DNA of 64,000 bases from Mobula hypostoma (Eukaryota). Position numbers and translations under genes: made by a program. The DNA is taken from contig NC_086097.1 in the NCBI RefSeq assembly GCF_963921235.1, positions 1,550,001 to 1,614,000 on the forward strand. Direction: 5' to 3'. Below, one piece after another: positions 26,504 to 38,200 of the stretch (positions within the stretch are counted from its first letter, which is position 1; each line of letters begins with the position of its first letter). The notes under the pieces are model-generated. The model had not been told where the DNA came from and ran no database searches. It worked only from the letters and a program-made list of their open reading frames with translations.

Positions 26504-29500
26504 ATGAATGTTGACGACTTTATGGACACACCTGACCTGGTGTTTTTAGTGAATGCGAGAAAACCTGTAGTATTGGAGATACTGTAGTAGTTGGATATTA
26601 AGGGAATTACGAAGAATACCACAAAGGCTTTAATTCAAAGAAAAATAGCTGAGCATTATATCAGTTTGAAAATATTTGATGATGAGGTATTAGATAGTTT
26701 TCCAATGAGTAATCTGGAAATAAAGTTACATCTTGAATAGATAAAGTTTGAAAGATTTAAAGCGGAAATGGATGAAAGAGAGGCTAATAAACTAAAGGAA
26801 TTTAAAGAAAGAGAAGCTGAAAACCAGAGGAAGTTTGAGTTAGAGATGGAGAAATTAAGGATGGGAAATCAATTTTCTGGTTCTAAGAAACAGTTTATTG
26901 CTAGTCGTGAGGTTATTTTGGCTCCTTCATTTAATGAAGATGAAGTGGACAAATATTTTCAGCATTTTGAAATTGTTGCTCTGAGTTTAGGGTGGCCAAA
27001 AGAGCAATGGCCAGTGATGTTACAAAGTGTAATTAAAGGCAAGGCAAAACAAGTTTATACAGCTTTAAATGCTGAGCAAGCACTGGATTATGATATTATT
27101 AAACAGCATATATTAAAGGCATATGAGTTTGTTCCGGAAGCGTATAGAGAAAGATTCAGAAATTTGAAGAAATTAATGGAAAAAACTTATGTGGAATTTG
27201 CCTATGAGAAACCTGTGTGTTTTGAAAGATGTGTTTCCTTTAAAAATGTGAATGGGGAGTATAATAAATTAAAAGAGTTGATTTTACTGGAGGAATTTAA
27301 AAGAAGCATTCCTGTTGAAGTGAGGATATACTTAAATGAAAGGGACACTGCTACATTGCAGGAGACTGCTAAGTTAGCTGATGAATATGCTTTAATTCAT
27401 AAGAATGGATTTTCTCCAGGTAGAACTTTTAAAAGGAAAAATAGCACAGAGAGTCAAGGTAAACCAGAAATTAAATCTGAAGTTATTGAGAAAAGTAAGG
27501 ATGAAGGGAGACGTGTGAAGGAAAGACATTTTGGTATTATTTGTAATTATTGTAAGAAACCCGGACATGTAGCAGCTAACTGCTTTTGATTGAAGAAGAA
27601 AGAGAAAGAAACCATCCCAGATGCTTGTGTGCAGCGTATTGAAACACCTGTAAATTCACAGAGTTTGATAAATACTAATGAAGATTTGTTAGTGTCTGAC
27701 CAAGTTAAGAAGGGATATGAAACTTTTATAACAGAAGGATTTGTATCCTTGAAAGAAGGATCCAATTCAGTACCGATAAGGATACTTAGAGATACTGGAG
27801 CTTCTCAATGACTAATTTTAGACAGTGTGCTAAAGTTTAGTGATGAGTCTGACATTGGTGAGTTAAACTATATAAGAGGAGTTGGGAGTGCCCTTATGCC
27901 AGTACATTTACATAGAGTAAATTTAAGGTCAGGTTTAGTTACAGGGGTTGTTAAAGTAGGACTACAATCCAGTTTATCTGTGAATGATGTTTCTCTTTTG
28001 TTAGGGAATGACTTAGCAGGTGGACAAGTTTTTCCTGAAGTGCATTTAACAATAAATCCAGATTCTGAGGAACCACAGAGGGATTCTAACACAGATTATT
28101 CCTGTGTTGTAACAAGAGCTATGGCTAAAAAGACCGATGTACAGGATGAGGTTGTTACCTATGATTGTTCAACTCAAGATTCGAATTTTGATCAGAAACT
28201 TTCTTAGCTACATTATTTGATCAGGATTTTGGTAGTAAAACTGACCATGAAGATTTGTCTTCATCTCGGAAGGAGATGATAGCAGAGCAGGGTAGCGATC
28301 CTGAGATAGTTAAATTACAGGAACAAGCTCTTCCAGATAATGAAATTGAAAAGTGCCAGTAGGATATTATTTTGAAAAGGGAGTATTAATGAGAAAGTGG
28401 AGATCGCCTATAATTTCTGCTGGTGAGGAATGGGAGGTTGATCATCAGGTAGTAGTTCCTAAAATTTATCAAAATGAGATTTTAATTATGGCTCATAGTA
28501 TTCCTTTGGGTAGTCATTTAGGTGTAAAGAAAACTATGAACAAGGTTTCTAAACATTTTTATTTGCCTAGTTTAAGAAAAGATGTGGCACATTTTGTAGA
28601 ATTATGGGTAAATCTAATCAGATTACTCCAGTGGCCCCACTGCAACCAATTCCAGTATTTGGTGAGCCGTTCTCAAAAATCATTGTAGACTGTGCAGGTC
28701 CGTTACCAAAGACTAAAACTGGACATCAATATTTATTAACTATTATGTGCACAGCGTCTAGGTTTCCAGAGGCAGTACCTCTTAGGAATATAACGGCCAA
28801 AACTGTGACAAAGGCTCTTATAAGATTCTTTACTTATTTTGGGTTGCCTAAGGAAATACAATCGTATCAAGGTAGTAATTTTATGTCGGAATTGTTTCAG
28901 CAGATAGTTTATAAACTGGGAGCAAAACAGATTATCTCATCAGCCTATCATCCAGAATCACAAGGAGCCTTGGAGAGATTCCATTCCACATTAAAGACTA
29001 TGATTAGGACATATTGTGTGGAAAATGAAAAGGACTGGGATGAAGGTGTACATTTACTACATTTTGCAGTAAGGGAGGCAGTACATGAATCATTAGGTTT
29101 TAGTCCTTTTGAACTTGTGTTTGGGCATAGAGTTCGAGGACCTTTGGCCTTGTTGAAGGAACAGTGGATTGATAAAGAGGTACACACTAATTTGCTAGAT
29201 TATGTTTTAAAATTTAGAGAAAGATTATATAAAGCTTGTAGCTTGGCAAAGGAAAATTTAAAATTAGCTTAAGAGAAGATGAAGACTTGGTATGATAAGG
29301 AAGCTAGGATGAGGTCATTTAAGCCTGGAGATAAGGTGTTGGTTCTTTTCCCAGTGCAAACGAACCCATTACAAGCTAAATTTCATGATCCTTATGAGAT
29401 TAAATCTAAAGTAAATGATGTGGATTATGTGTTAAAAACCCCAGATCAAAGAAAGCCATCACAGCTGTGCCATGTAAATATGATAAAACCGTATTATGAG
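26504..29500 (+). pseudogene. Disrupted gag-protease-integrase polyprotein of the Gmr1-like element
   Basis: Mostly one frame broken by stops: capsid (YFQHFE...WP, YRERFR, LILLEEF), CCHC knuckle CNYCKKPGHVAANC, protease LRDTGASQ, integrase (AHSIPLGSHLG, IIVDCAGP, QSYQGSNF with D to Y, LERFH), GPY/F-like KFHDPY. Confidence 0.9.
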
Positions 29501-29899
29501 AGATCATCAACTCGGTGAAAGACGCTCTTTGGTCGGCCCGAAACTTGATGATCTACCACATGGAGATGTCCGTGGGAGAATGCTGCTGACTGGCACATTC
29601 TCGCCTGCAGGAGTACGTGCTGAGGGGTGCACTGAAACTCGGTGCAGCCACCGCAAGGGCCCGGTGGAGAAGGACCACGGTTTAGGGTTCTTCTCCCGCG
29701 GGAGTGGGAGGGGTTGGGTGGCGGGAAGTATACCCCTCAACAATGATGTGGTAAGGTGAAACAACAGAGTGCCACGTGGAGGGCTAAAAGTGTGGAGATG
29801 TATAGACCGTAATGGAAACATCTGTGGAGGATTGACAGTCATTGAATGGTTTATTGTACATAACTTTATTTTGAATAAAGTGTATTTTGTTTAAAAAAA
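29500..29899 (+). mobile_element. Tx1/L1-clade LINE 3' end with A tail
   Basis: Manual translation IINSVKDALWSARNLMIY...EYVLRGALKLGAATARARWRRTTV*, then AATAAA and A7. Confidence 0.75.
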
Positions 29900-30137
29900 T
29901 TCCCTCTGGAAAAAAATTGTGAAAGATAAAACACCGAGCAAGATTTGAAAAGATTCCTTCTTTAGGTTTCAAGTTTCATGTTTTCAAGGTTTTGAAGGAC
30001 TTTTCTCTATTATGTTCCCAAGGTTTTTATTTTTCTGATTGTTTCCAAGGCTTAATCAATGTATTTAGGGTTTCTCAATGTCCTCCCCATCTCAAGGCCT
30101 CCCAAGTCTCCCTCTCAGCCCTGCCCGAGGTTTCTTG

Positions 30138-30216
30138 ATCTCAGTCTGTTGGGGTTCCCCGGTCTCTCAGTCTGTTGGGGTTCCCAGGTCTCTCAGTCTG
30201 TTAGGGTTGCCAGGTC
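30138..30216. repeat. Short 26-bp tandem repeat, about 3 copies (TCTCAGTCTGTTGGGGTTCCCAGGTC)
   Basis: Direct inspection; degenerate copies continue to about 30350. Confidence 0.8.
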
Positions 30217-30876
30217 AATCAGGATTTTCCCGTCTCTCAGTCTATTATAATTCCTAGGATTCTCTCAGGCTCTCAAGTTCCCCGTGCTTCCCTCTCAAGT
30301 TTCTCAGGTCTCTTGAGTCATCCCTGGATCTCGAGTTTTCAGATCTTCCTGGGCCATCAGGTGCCAGCTATAGGGAGGGGTGGCAGGGGTGGAGTGGTCC
30401 TGTAGTGACTTGTTCAGGCCTGTGCAGGGCATCAGAGAACATTGGGCTCTGAGGTTTTTAGAGCACCTGAATTGGTTAATTGTTGCTTAAAAATAGTTAC
30501 TGATGGTTTAAGAGTTCCCTGTGTTTTGCTCGATCGACTTGCACTTTGTAATGAGGTTCCCTGGTGCTTTCTGTTTAAGTCTGTTAAGTTTATTTTGATA
30601 GGCTCAGGGATTCAGTGTTAGTTTTGTTATTGAAACAGATGCCCGATTAGCTCCAGTCGGAGGGTCCTCACTTTGAGAATGATCCGTCTCACGGTGTCAC
30701 TTGGTCGAGCTACCTCTGTAAAAGCTCTTGTTTCTGTCTCTACATGGAAGTCTTTGGCTCTGATATTGGCAGTGACACCATGCACCTGAGGGACAGCTTG
30801 GACAAGTCCCTCATCTGGGACTTCCAGCAGACATAGGTCTTTGGTGCTTCAGGGGCTGCGCCTAGAGAGGGGGCCC

Positions 30877-31266
30877 TGTCACAACCACGAATTCGGCAGC
30901 ACAGCAGGTACGGCAATTGCACTTGAATATGCGTATGTTGGCTAATTATGATTTCATTGTGATAGCATTCATTCCGTCGTAGTATTTGTCGAGACACAGC
31001 ACAGCAACGTATTGCTGCTTGTTTGCATTCCATCTTGCCTGAGAAACTGGACTCTTCACTCAACTGACTCTGAAGACTAGTGGTATTCTTTTCAACCGCA
31101 GTGTAGGCTTCATTTTCCATTTGAGAGTTTTAGTTAATGGCTCTGTTTGGCCTAGTGTTTATTGTTTTCTTTTCTCTTTAACACTGTTCACATTGAAGTC
31201 TGTGAACTCTCGACCTGCTTCAGTATCTCTCACTGCGCACTTGGGCCATATCCACATCGGCTGACA
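30877..31266 (+). repeat. 3' LTR (390 bp)
   Basis: Colinear with the 5' LTR, preceded by the polypurine tract, followed by TSD ACTCC. Confidence 0.92.
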
Positions 31267-31939
31267 ACTCCAGATGTGACCTAACCAGAGTTTTAAAAAG
31301 TTGCGACATAACCTCCTGACTTTTGAACTCAATGCCTCGCCAATAAAAGCAAGCATTCCACAAACCTTAATCACCTTATTGACCTGAGTAGCCACTTTCA
31401 GGGAACTATGAACTTGGACTCCAAGATCTCTCTGCTCAGCAACACAGTTAAGGGTTGCCCTTGACAGTGTACTGTCTCCTTGCATTCGACTTACTGATGT
31501 GCAAGACCTCATATTTATCTGGGTTAAACTTCATATGCCATTTCTCAGCTCATATCTGCAACTGATCTATATTGTGCTATTTTTTTTGCCAGTCTTCTAC
31601 GCTATCCAGAACTCTACCATTCTTGGTATCACAAGTAAATTTACTAACCAACCCATCTACATTTTCATCTAGGTCATTTATATACATTACAAACAGCAGA
31701 GGTCCCAGCACAGATCCTTGTGGAACTACACAAATTAGAGACTTTCAGCTCAAGTCCCTTCAACCACTACCCTCTGTCTTCTACACACAAGCCATCTCTG
31801 AGACCAGACTGCCAATTTGCCACAGATCCCATTCATCTTATCCTTCTGCATTAGCCTCCCATGAGGACTTTGTCTAATGCCTGACTAAAATCCACTGCCA
31901 TACCCTCATTAAGCTCTCTCATCACATACTCAAAAATCT

Positions 31940-32935
31940 GCAGCTGTTTACAATATATATTAGTGATTTAGACGAGGGAATTAAAGGTAACATTAGCAAA
32001 TTTGCAGATGACACAAAGCTGGGTGACAATGTGAAATGTGAGGAGGATGTTATGAGAATGCAGGGTGACTTGGACAGGCTGGGTGAGTGGGCACATGCAT
32101 GGCAGATGCAGTTTAATGTGGATAAATGTGAGGTTATCCACTTTGGTGGTAAGAACGGGAAGGCAGATTATTATCTAAATGGAGTCAAGTTAGGAAAAGG
32201 GGAAGTACAACGAGATCTAAGTGTTCTTGTACATCAGTCACTGAAAGCAAGCATGCAAGTACAGCAGGCTGTGAAGAAAGCTAATGGCATACTGGCCTTC
32301 ATAACAAGGGGAATTGAGTATAAGAGCAAAGAGATCCTTCTGCAGCTGTACAGGGCCCTGGTGAGACCACACCCGGAGTACTGTGTGCAGTTTTGGTCTC
32401 CAAATTTGAGGAAGGGCATTCTTGCTATTGAGGGAGTGCAGCGTAGGTTCACAAGGTTAATTCCCGGGATGGCAGGACTGTCATATGTCGAAAGATTGGA
32501 GCGACTGGGCTTGTATACTCTGGAATTTAGAAGGCTGAGAGGGGACCTTATTGAAACATATAAGATTATTAAGGGATTGGACACGCTGGAGGCAGGAAGC
32601 ATGTTCCCGCTGATGGGGGAGCCCAGAACCAGAGGCCACAGTTTAAGAATAAGGGGTAGGCCATTTAGAACGGAGTTGAGGAAAAACTTTTTCACCCGGA
32701 GAGTGGTGGATATATGAAATGCTCTGCCCCAGAGGGCTGTGGAGGCCAAGTCTCTTGATGCTTTTAAGAAAGAGATGGATAGAGCTCTTAAAGATAGCGG
32801 AATCAAAGGTTACAGGGATAAGGCAGGAACTGGATATTGATTGTGGATGGTCAGCCATGATCACAGTGAATGGCGGTGCTGGCTCGAAGGGCTGAATGGC
32901 CTACTCCTGCACCTATTGTCTATTGTCTATTGTCT
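31940..32935 (+). mobile_element. Young CR1 3' fragment
   Basis: ORF 32031..32717; (CTATTGT)n tail; TSD ATCT at 31936-31939 and 32936-32939. Confidence 0.92.
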
Positions 32936-34076
32936 ATCTCAATCAGGTTGGTAAGACTCAACCTGCTATGCACAAAGCCATGCTGGTTTAGGTCATGGGT
33001 TTCCAAATGCCCATATATCCTCTCCATAAGAATTTTCTCCAGCAATTTCCCTACAACTGACGTGAGACTCGCCAGTATGTAGTTCCCAGGATTTCCCCTT
33101 GTTCCCTTCTTTAATAGTGGTACAACATTAACCAATCACCAGTCCTCCGGGACCTCACCTGTGGCTGGAGAGGACATGGGGATACCGGTCAAGGCCCCAG
33201 CAATCTCGTCTCTTGCCTCCTTCAATAACCTGGGGTAAATCCCATCAGGCCCTGGGGACTTATCTGCCTTAATACTCATTACGAGGCCCAACACTTCCTC
33301 CTCCTTGACCTCTAAACACCCTAACACTCAGCACTGATCTCCTTGTCTTCCACATCCTTTTCCTTGGTAAATACTGAAGAAAAGTACTCATTAAATACCT
33401 CACTCACATTCTCTGCATCTAAGCAAATGCTCCCCACTTTATCCTTGAGTGGTCACCTTCTGCCTAGTTATCTTCTTTCTCCTGATGTATTTATAGATTG
33501 CCTTGGGATTCACCTTAATCTACTTGCCAAGGACTTTTCGTGGCCCCTCCTGGCATTCCTAATTCCCTTCTTTAGTTCCTTTCTGGCTTATGACCACTGG
33601 ATGAATATTGCGACCATGGTGAAATGGGGTAGCAGACCTGAAGGGCCAAATGGCCTCCTCCTACTCCCCTTTCTCTGAAGGCATGTTGTGAAGTCAATGT
33701 GATGAGCTTTATAGAAAGGTCAGGTTTGGGATTGGGAATGACAAAGCAATATCTTGTCTGCATACAAATGAGAGTGAATCTGAGCCACAGAAAGCAAGTA
33801 ATTAGAAAGGCAAACCAAATGTTGGCCTTTTAAACCAAAGAAATTAAGTACAAAGGTAAGGAAGACATTAAAACTACTGAGGAGGCCATATCACAACTCC
33901 CATGTCCTCATCAAGTTCAGAGAAAATTGATGGCACTGATATCTAGAATGAAGAGGTCATCTTACAAAGAAAGATCACAATTACATTAAAAGAAGGAGAT
34001 AATTACTTTTGAAAAACAAGGCTCCAGGAGTTTGATAGGGTGGGAGAGGAGGCTAGGCTGAGAGAAAGTATAGAAG

Positions 34077-34360
34077 CAGAATCGGGTTTAATATCACCAG
34101 CGTAGGCTGTGAAATTTGTTGTTTTGCAGCAAATATAAATGTATGTATACAGTATAAAAATAAATAAGTACTGCAAAAAGCAGAAAAAATGGTGATGTAG
34201 TGTTCATTGTCCATTCAGAAATCTGATGGCGGAGGGGAAGAAGCTGTTTCTGAAACATTGAGTGTGTGTCTTCAGGCTCCCGTACCTCCTCCTTGACGGT
34301 AGCAATGAGAGGAGGGCGTGTCCTGGGTGATAAGGGTCCTTAATGATGATGCTGCCTTTT
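34077..34360 (-). mobile_element. Rex1/Babar-type 3' end fragment
   Basis: AGAATC...TAATATCACCAGC...GAAATTTGTTGTTTTGC and TCAGAAATCTGATGGC, homologous to 52207-52460. Confidence 0.7.
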
Positions 34361-36261
34361 TGGGAGTGGGTGTAATCGTTTCTGGATAAGGGGTCATACT
34401 TTCAGGATAAATGTTGTGAAATTTCCTCTCTCAGATTGTTCTGAATGCTTAGAATTCACTATACCAAAGCGTTGTGGAATTAAAGACAGCATTGAGCCCT
34501 GTTCTGAAACATTCTCTCTTTATTAGCTTGTGTCGTCCTGTTTGAATTTTTTACTTTTCTATGAGATCCCCCTCGTTCTGATGAAATCCAGATCTGCGAT
34601 CTGCCATACAGTACACAGATAGCAGATACAACCGGCCCTTTAGCCACAATGTGGTGCTGAACGAATTCAGTAATAACACCTTCTTCCTTCATACGGTCCA
34701 TATCCCTCCATTGCCTGCAGGTCCCTGTGCCTATCCTAGAGCCTCTGACACACTTCCGATCATATTTGCCTGCTCTGCCACTTCTCACAGCACATTCAAT
34801 CCCCCACCCCCCACTGAGTTAAAGTGAAAAGCCTGCTCCACACATCTCCTTTGAATTTTTCCCCTCTTGACTTAAGTACACTTAAATAAGGCAGAGGTTA
34901 ATAGATTTTTGATTGGTCAGGGCATGAAGGGATGTGGGGAGAAGGCAGGAGATTGAGGGTGAGAGGAAAATAGGATCAGCCATGATGAAATGGTGGAGCA
35001 GCCTCGATGGGCCAAATGGCCTAATTCTGCTCCTATATCATCTTATGGTCAGTAAACAGGGTAAACTCTCTCCCATACAATTACTGGTTGAAAAAGTTTA
35101 CACCCCAAATGAGACTCAAGTCCTCTCTGTCAATCTGAGCATAATTTTTCTCTGCAGCTGTAAAGGACAGTGATGCAAAAGGCTATGGGGCATTCACATG
35201 CATCACTGATAATATGTGACGTGACTGGAACTGTACTGTGTGTTGAGGCGTTCCAGACAAGCTTCACTGGAAGTGTGAATGATAATGTGTGAGTACAGAG
35301 GCTGATGTCACCACTTCCTTCACTTTGTGACAGCCACCTCGGAAAGCTTTGCCATAATGCATTACCATTTCTTTCCAATTTGTAGTAATGAATTCAAGGG
35401 GGGAGCACAGAGGTCAGGTTTGGCAGGAACCTGTTATTGTAATTGACAGATCCTAATAAGGAGCATAATTGTGACACATCCTTTGGCTTTGGGGCATCCA
35501 CCACTGCTTGAATTTTCTCAGCATACTTGTGTAGATCCTGTGCATCAATAGCGCTACCACAGTAAGTGAGGCTTAGTTTAAAGAATTCATACTCGTTGCA
35601 TCATGCTCTGAGCCCATAAACTACCGACCTGTTCAACACTGTCTTGAGATTTTGGAGATATTGCTTCATATCCCTACCAATAACAATGATGTCATTCTGT
35701 TTATAGTGAGAAACACTTTTCACTCATCTTCCATCTTCACCTGTAGATAGGCCTCAGCTAAGTCCACTTTGCTGAAGTGTTTCCCTCCAGAAAGGTTTGC
35801 AAAGATATCCTCATCCTGGGCAGAGGATTGATCAATTTTCCGTACTGAGTTGATGGTGTCCTTAACATCACCACAGCTCCTGACAGCCCATTTTTCTTGG
35901 CTACTGGGACCACTAGCATTGCCCATGGCTCCACTCAACCTTGGAAAGAATTCTTTCAGCCTACATGTGATCTAGCTCGCTGGGTACTTTGGTATTAGGG
36001 ACCAGACGGGTTTTGTACAACTTAGGTATGGAATCTTCATTTAACACCGTTTTACCCTTAATTTATTTGTGTTTTCCAATGCCATCTCTGAACTTGGCTG
36101 TGGCATCATCCAGTACTCCAGTACCTTTCATAATCCGTTTCCAGTTGACTCTATTGCAGGGGATGTGGCATGCAAATGATGGGGAGATCTCCAGTCAAGT
36201 TATAGTTGTCTCAGCCAATCACAGCCCCACAATGCTGGCCCTCCTGCTTTTACCACATACA

Positions 36262-36608
36262 AGGTGCATAAGATGTTGAGAGGCATTGATCCTGTGGATA
36301 GTCAGAGGCTTTTTCCCAGGGCTGAAACGGCTAGCACGAGAGGGCACAGGTTTAAGATGCTTGGAAGTAGGTACTGAGAAGATGTCAGGGCTAAGTTTTT
36401 TACGCAGAATGGTGAGTGCGTGGAATGGGCTGCCAGCGACGGTGGTGGAGGCAGATACGATAGGGTCTTTTAAGAGACTTCTGGACAGGTACATGGAGCT
36501 CAGAAAAATAGAGGACTATGGGTAACCCTAGATAATTTCTAAGGTAAGGACATGTTCGGCACAGCATCGTGGGCCGAAGGACCGGTATTTCTGCTGTAGG
36601 CTTTCTAT
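36262..36608 (+). mobile_element. CR1 3' fragment inside the Gypsy element
   Basis: Same family as 23754-24979 and 39624-41335; TTTCTATG tail. Confidence 0.85.
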
Positions 36609-37600
36609 GTTCCTAAGCCCAATACAGCTTGTTGGTTGTTGTATTTCACTGTTACCAATGTCATTCCCACATGAGTTATCTTTACTCCAGTATAAGTTCC
36701 TTCTTGGATCTCTACAGGCTTCATTTTAGTATCTTTGAAATGCTGCTCAAACTCATTTTGTGGAGTGACTGAAACAGCTGAGCCAGTGTCCAATTCTATT
36801 TTAATTAATTTGCGTTCACTTTTGTCACACTTGCCTATTGTTAATTTTCATATTGTAAATTTCAAGGCTACTCAGTCCTGTGTCATCTCTTATCATTATC
36901 AGAATTCAGAATTTTCATCAACAGCGTGCAGATTAGTGTTCTTTTTGAAACTGCAAACTTAATTGTTTATCTTTTTCTTTTCCCTGTGTAGTCTATTTAT
37001 TTTTATCTGTTCAACATGCTCTTTGTATGTGTCCTATTTTGTTCCATTTTCTGCAAGTTTGGCCTTCAAACCTGCCCTGGTCTGGTGTATGTGAGCCCCT
37101 GCCACAATGGTACACAACGTATTTGGCCAGGCAGGTTCCTGTTTAGATGCTACAATTTTGTTCACGCTCACTTTCATTCCTGACTGCAACTCAGTTGCAT
37201 CTCTACCTGTTGTTTCCATTGATGCAGCTATTTCAACCTCTGTTTTAAATTTAAGTTGTGCTTTAGTTAGCAGCTGTTTTTGAATGCTTTCTTGTAAGAT
37301 TCCACAAACTAAACCATCTCTCAGTGCATCATTAGTCCCATCACTGAACTGACAAAACTCAGATAATCTCTTGAATTCAGCCACGTAAGCTGAAATGGAG
37401 TCCCCTTCCTTTAGATTCCACTTATGAAACTTAAAGTGTTCTGTAATCAACAATGGTTTCAGTTCTAAATATTCCTGCATTACTTCTACAATATCAGCAA
37501 AGCTTATTTTTGCTGGTTTGGTTGGAACAGTAAAACTTGTAAGCAAGCTGTGTGCTTTTCTACCTGTTACACTCAGCAAAACTACCACTCTCTTATCATT

Positions 37601-37828
37601 TGCAAACACGAGAAAATCTGCAGATGCTGGAAATTCAAGTAACACACACAAAATGCTGGTGAACGCAGCGGGCCGGGCAGCATCTCTAGGAAGAAGTACA
37701 GTCGAAGTTTCAGGCCGAGCCCCTGCATCAGGACTGCCGAAGGGTCTTGGCCTGAAACGTCGACTGTACTTCTTCCTATAGATGCTGCCTGGCCTGCTGC
37801 GTTCACCAGCATTTTGTGTGTGTTGCTT
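37601..37828. mobile_element. Penelope-like terminal fragment as an inverted pair with degenerate hammerhead cores
   Basis: Arms of about 90 bp (37641-37730 and 37734-37824). CTGxxGA-stem-GAAAC.TC on both strands. Probable TSD TCTTATCATT/TCTTCTCATT at 37591-37600 and 37829-37838. Confidence 0.8.
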
Positions 37829-38200
37829 TCTTCTCATTGTTTATTTCATTTGCTTCAAAATAGTACTCAGTATATTCAATTCCCTCGGTATACAATATCC
37901 AGTTATCTCCTGTGCAATGGAATGTGTCTACCTTTCCATTGTAGCCAGCCCTTTCTGTTTATTTTTATTTATGATTATTATGAACCCATGAATTCCATCT
38001 GTTTCTTGCCTTTCTTTAACTCGAATGTCTCGTGCTTTTTTGTTTAACTCAGTCATCTCACTGTGTTTTTTTAAACTCAAACATGGTGCTGCGCTTCAAC
38101 TGGTAGGTAGTCGTCTTGGGTTCATTTAAAACTTCCCTGTTGCCACTGTTACCTCTTGTAACTCCAAAACATAAAACTTAATAGAAAGGAAAACACAAGA

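Larger units (their letters stand above)
25540..29500 (+). mobile_element. Gmr1-like Gypsy LTR retrotransposon: 5' LTR, gag, protease, integrase; RT, RNase H and 3' LTR missing
   Basis: LTR about 25540-26371 (TATAAAA near 25618, AATAAA near 26305, ends GTTACGTAAC), PBS at 26379. Integrase directly follows the protease. Confidence 0.88.
23231..31266 (+). mobile_element. Two-LTR retrotransposon, sushi/Tf1-like, non-autonomous, carrying nested insertions
   Basis: Homologous LTRs 23231-23730 (TGTCAC...GTGACA) and 30877-31266 (TGTCAC...CTGACA). 5-bp TSD ACTCC at 23226-23230 and 31267-31271. Polypurine tract AGAGAGGGGG at 30864-30873. Remnant DSLDKSLIWDFQQ at 30792 resembles a chromodomain end. 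Confidence 0.9.
22710..33590 (-). mobile_element. CR1 LINE host, in pieces 22710-23230, 31272-31939 and 32936-33590
   Basis: Reads continuously across the inserts (ACAATACTCC|AGATGTGACC; CAAAAATCT|CAATCAGG). ORFs 22768..23019, 32920..33135, 33136..33327. Confidence 0.85.
35064..38200 (-). mobile_element. Decayed Gypsy LTR retrotransposon (gag-PR-RT-RNase H) with PBS and partial 5' LTR
   Basis: Gag (GDSISAYVAEFKRLSEFCQF, ALRDGLVCGI), protease DTGSAVSV, RT EDIFANLSGGKHFSKVDLAEAYLQ, RNase H-like CPIAF. Minus-strand AACA-G-TGGCAACAGG LTR/PBS junction at about 38136-38150. Confidence 0.85.

Noticed and set aside
30138..30216. Common origin with the 1-836 minisatellite (same 26-bp period, shared CAGTCTGT)
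   Set aside because: Only about 14 of 26 positions match, which is compatible with chance.
37034..37837. 267-aa ORF as a gene
   Set aside because: It is a chimera of the Penelope palindrome and decayed Gypsy gag, and its ATG is out of frame with upstream gag.
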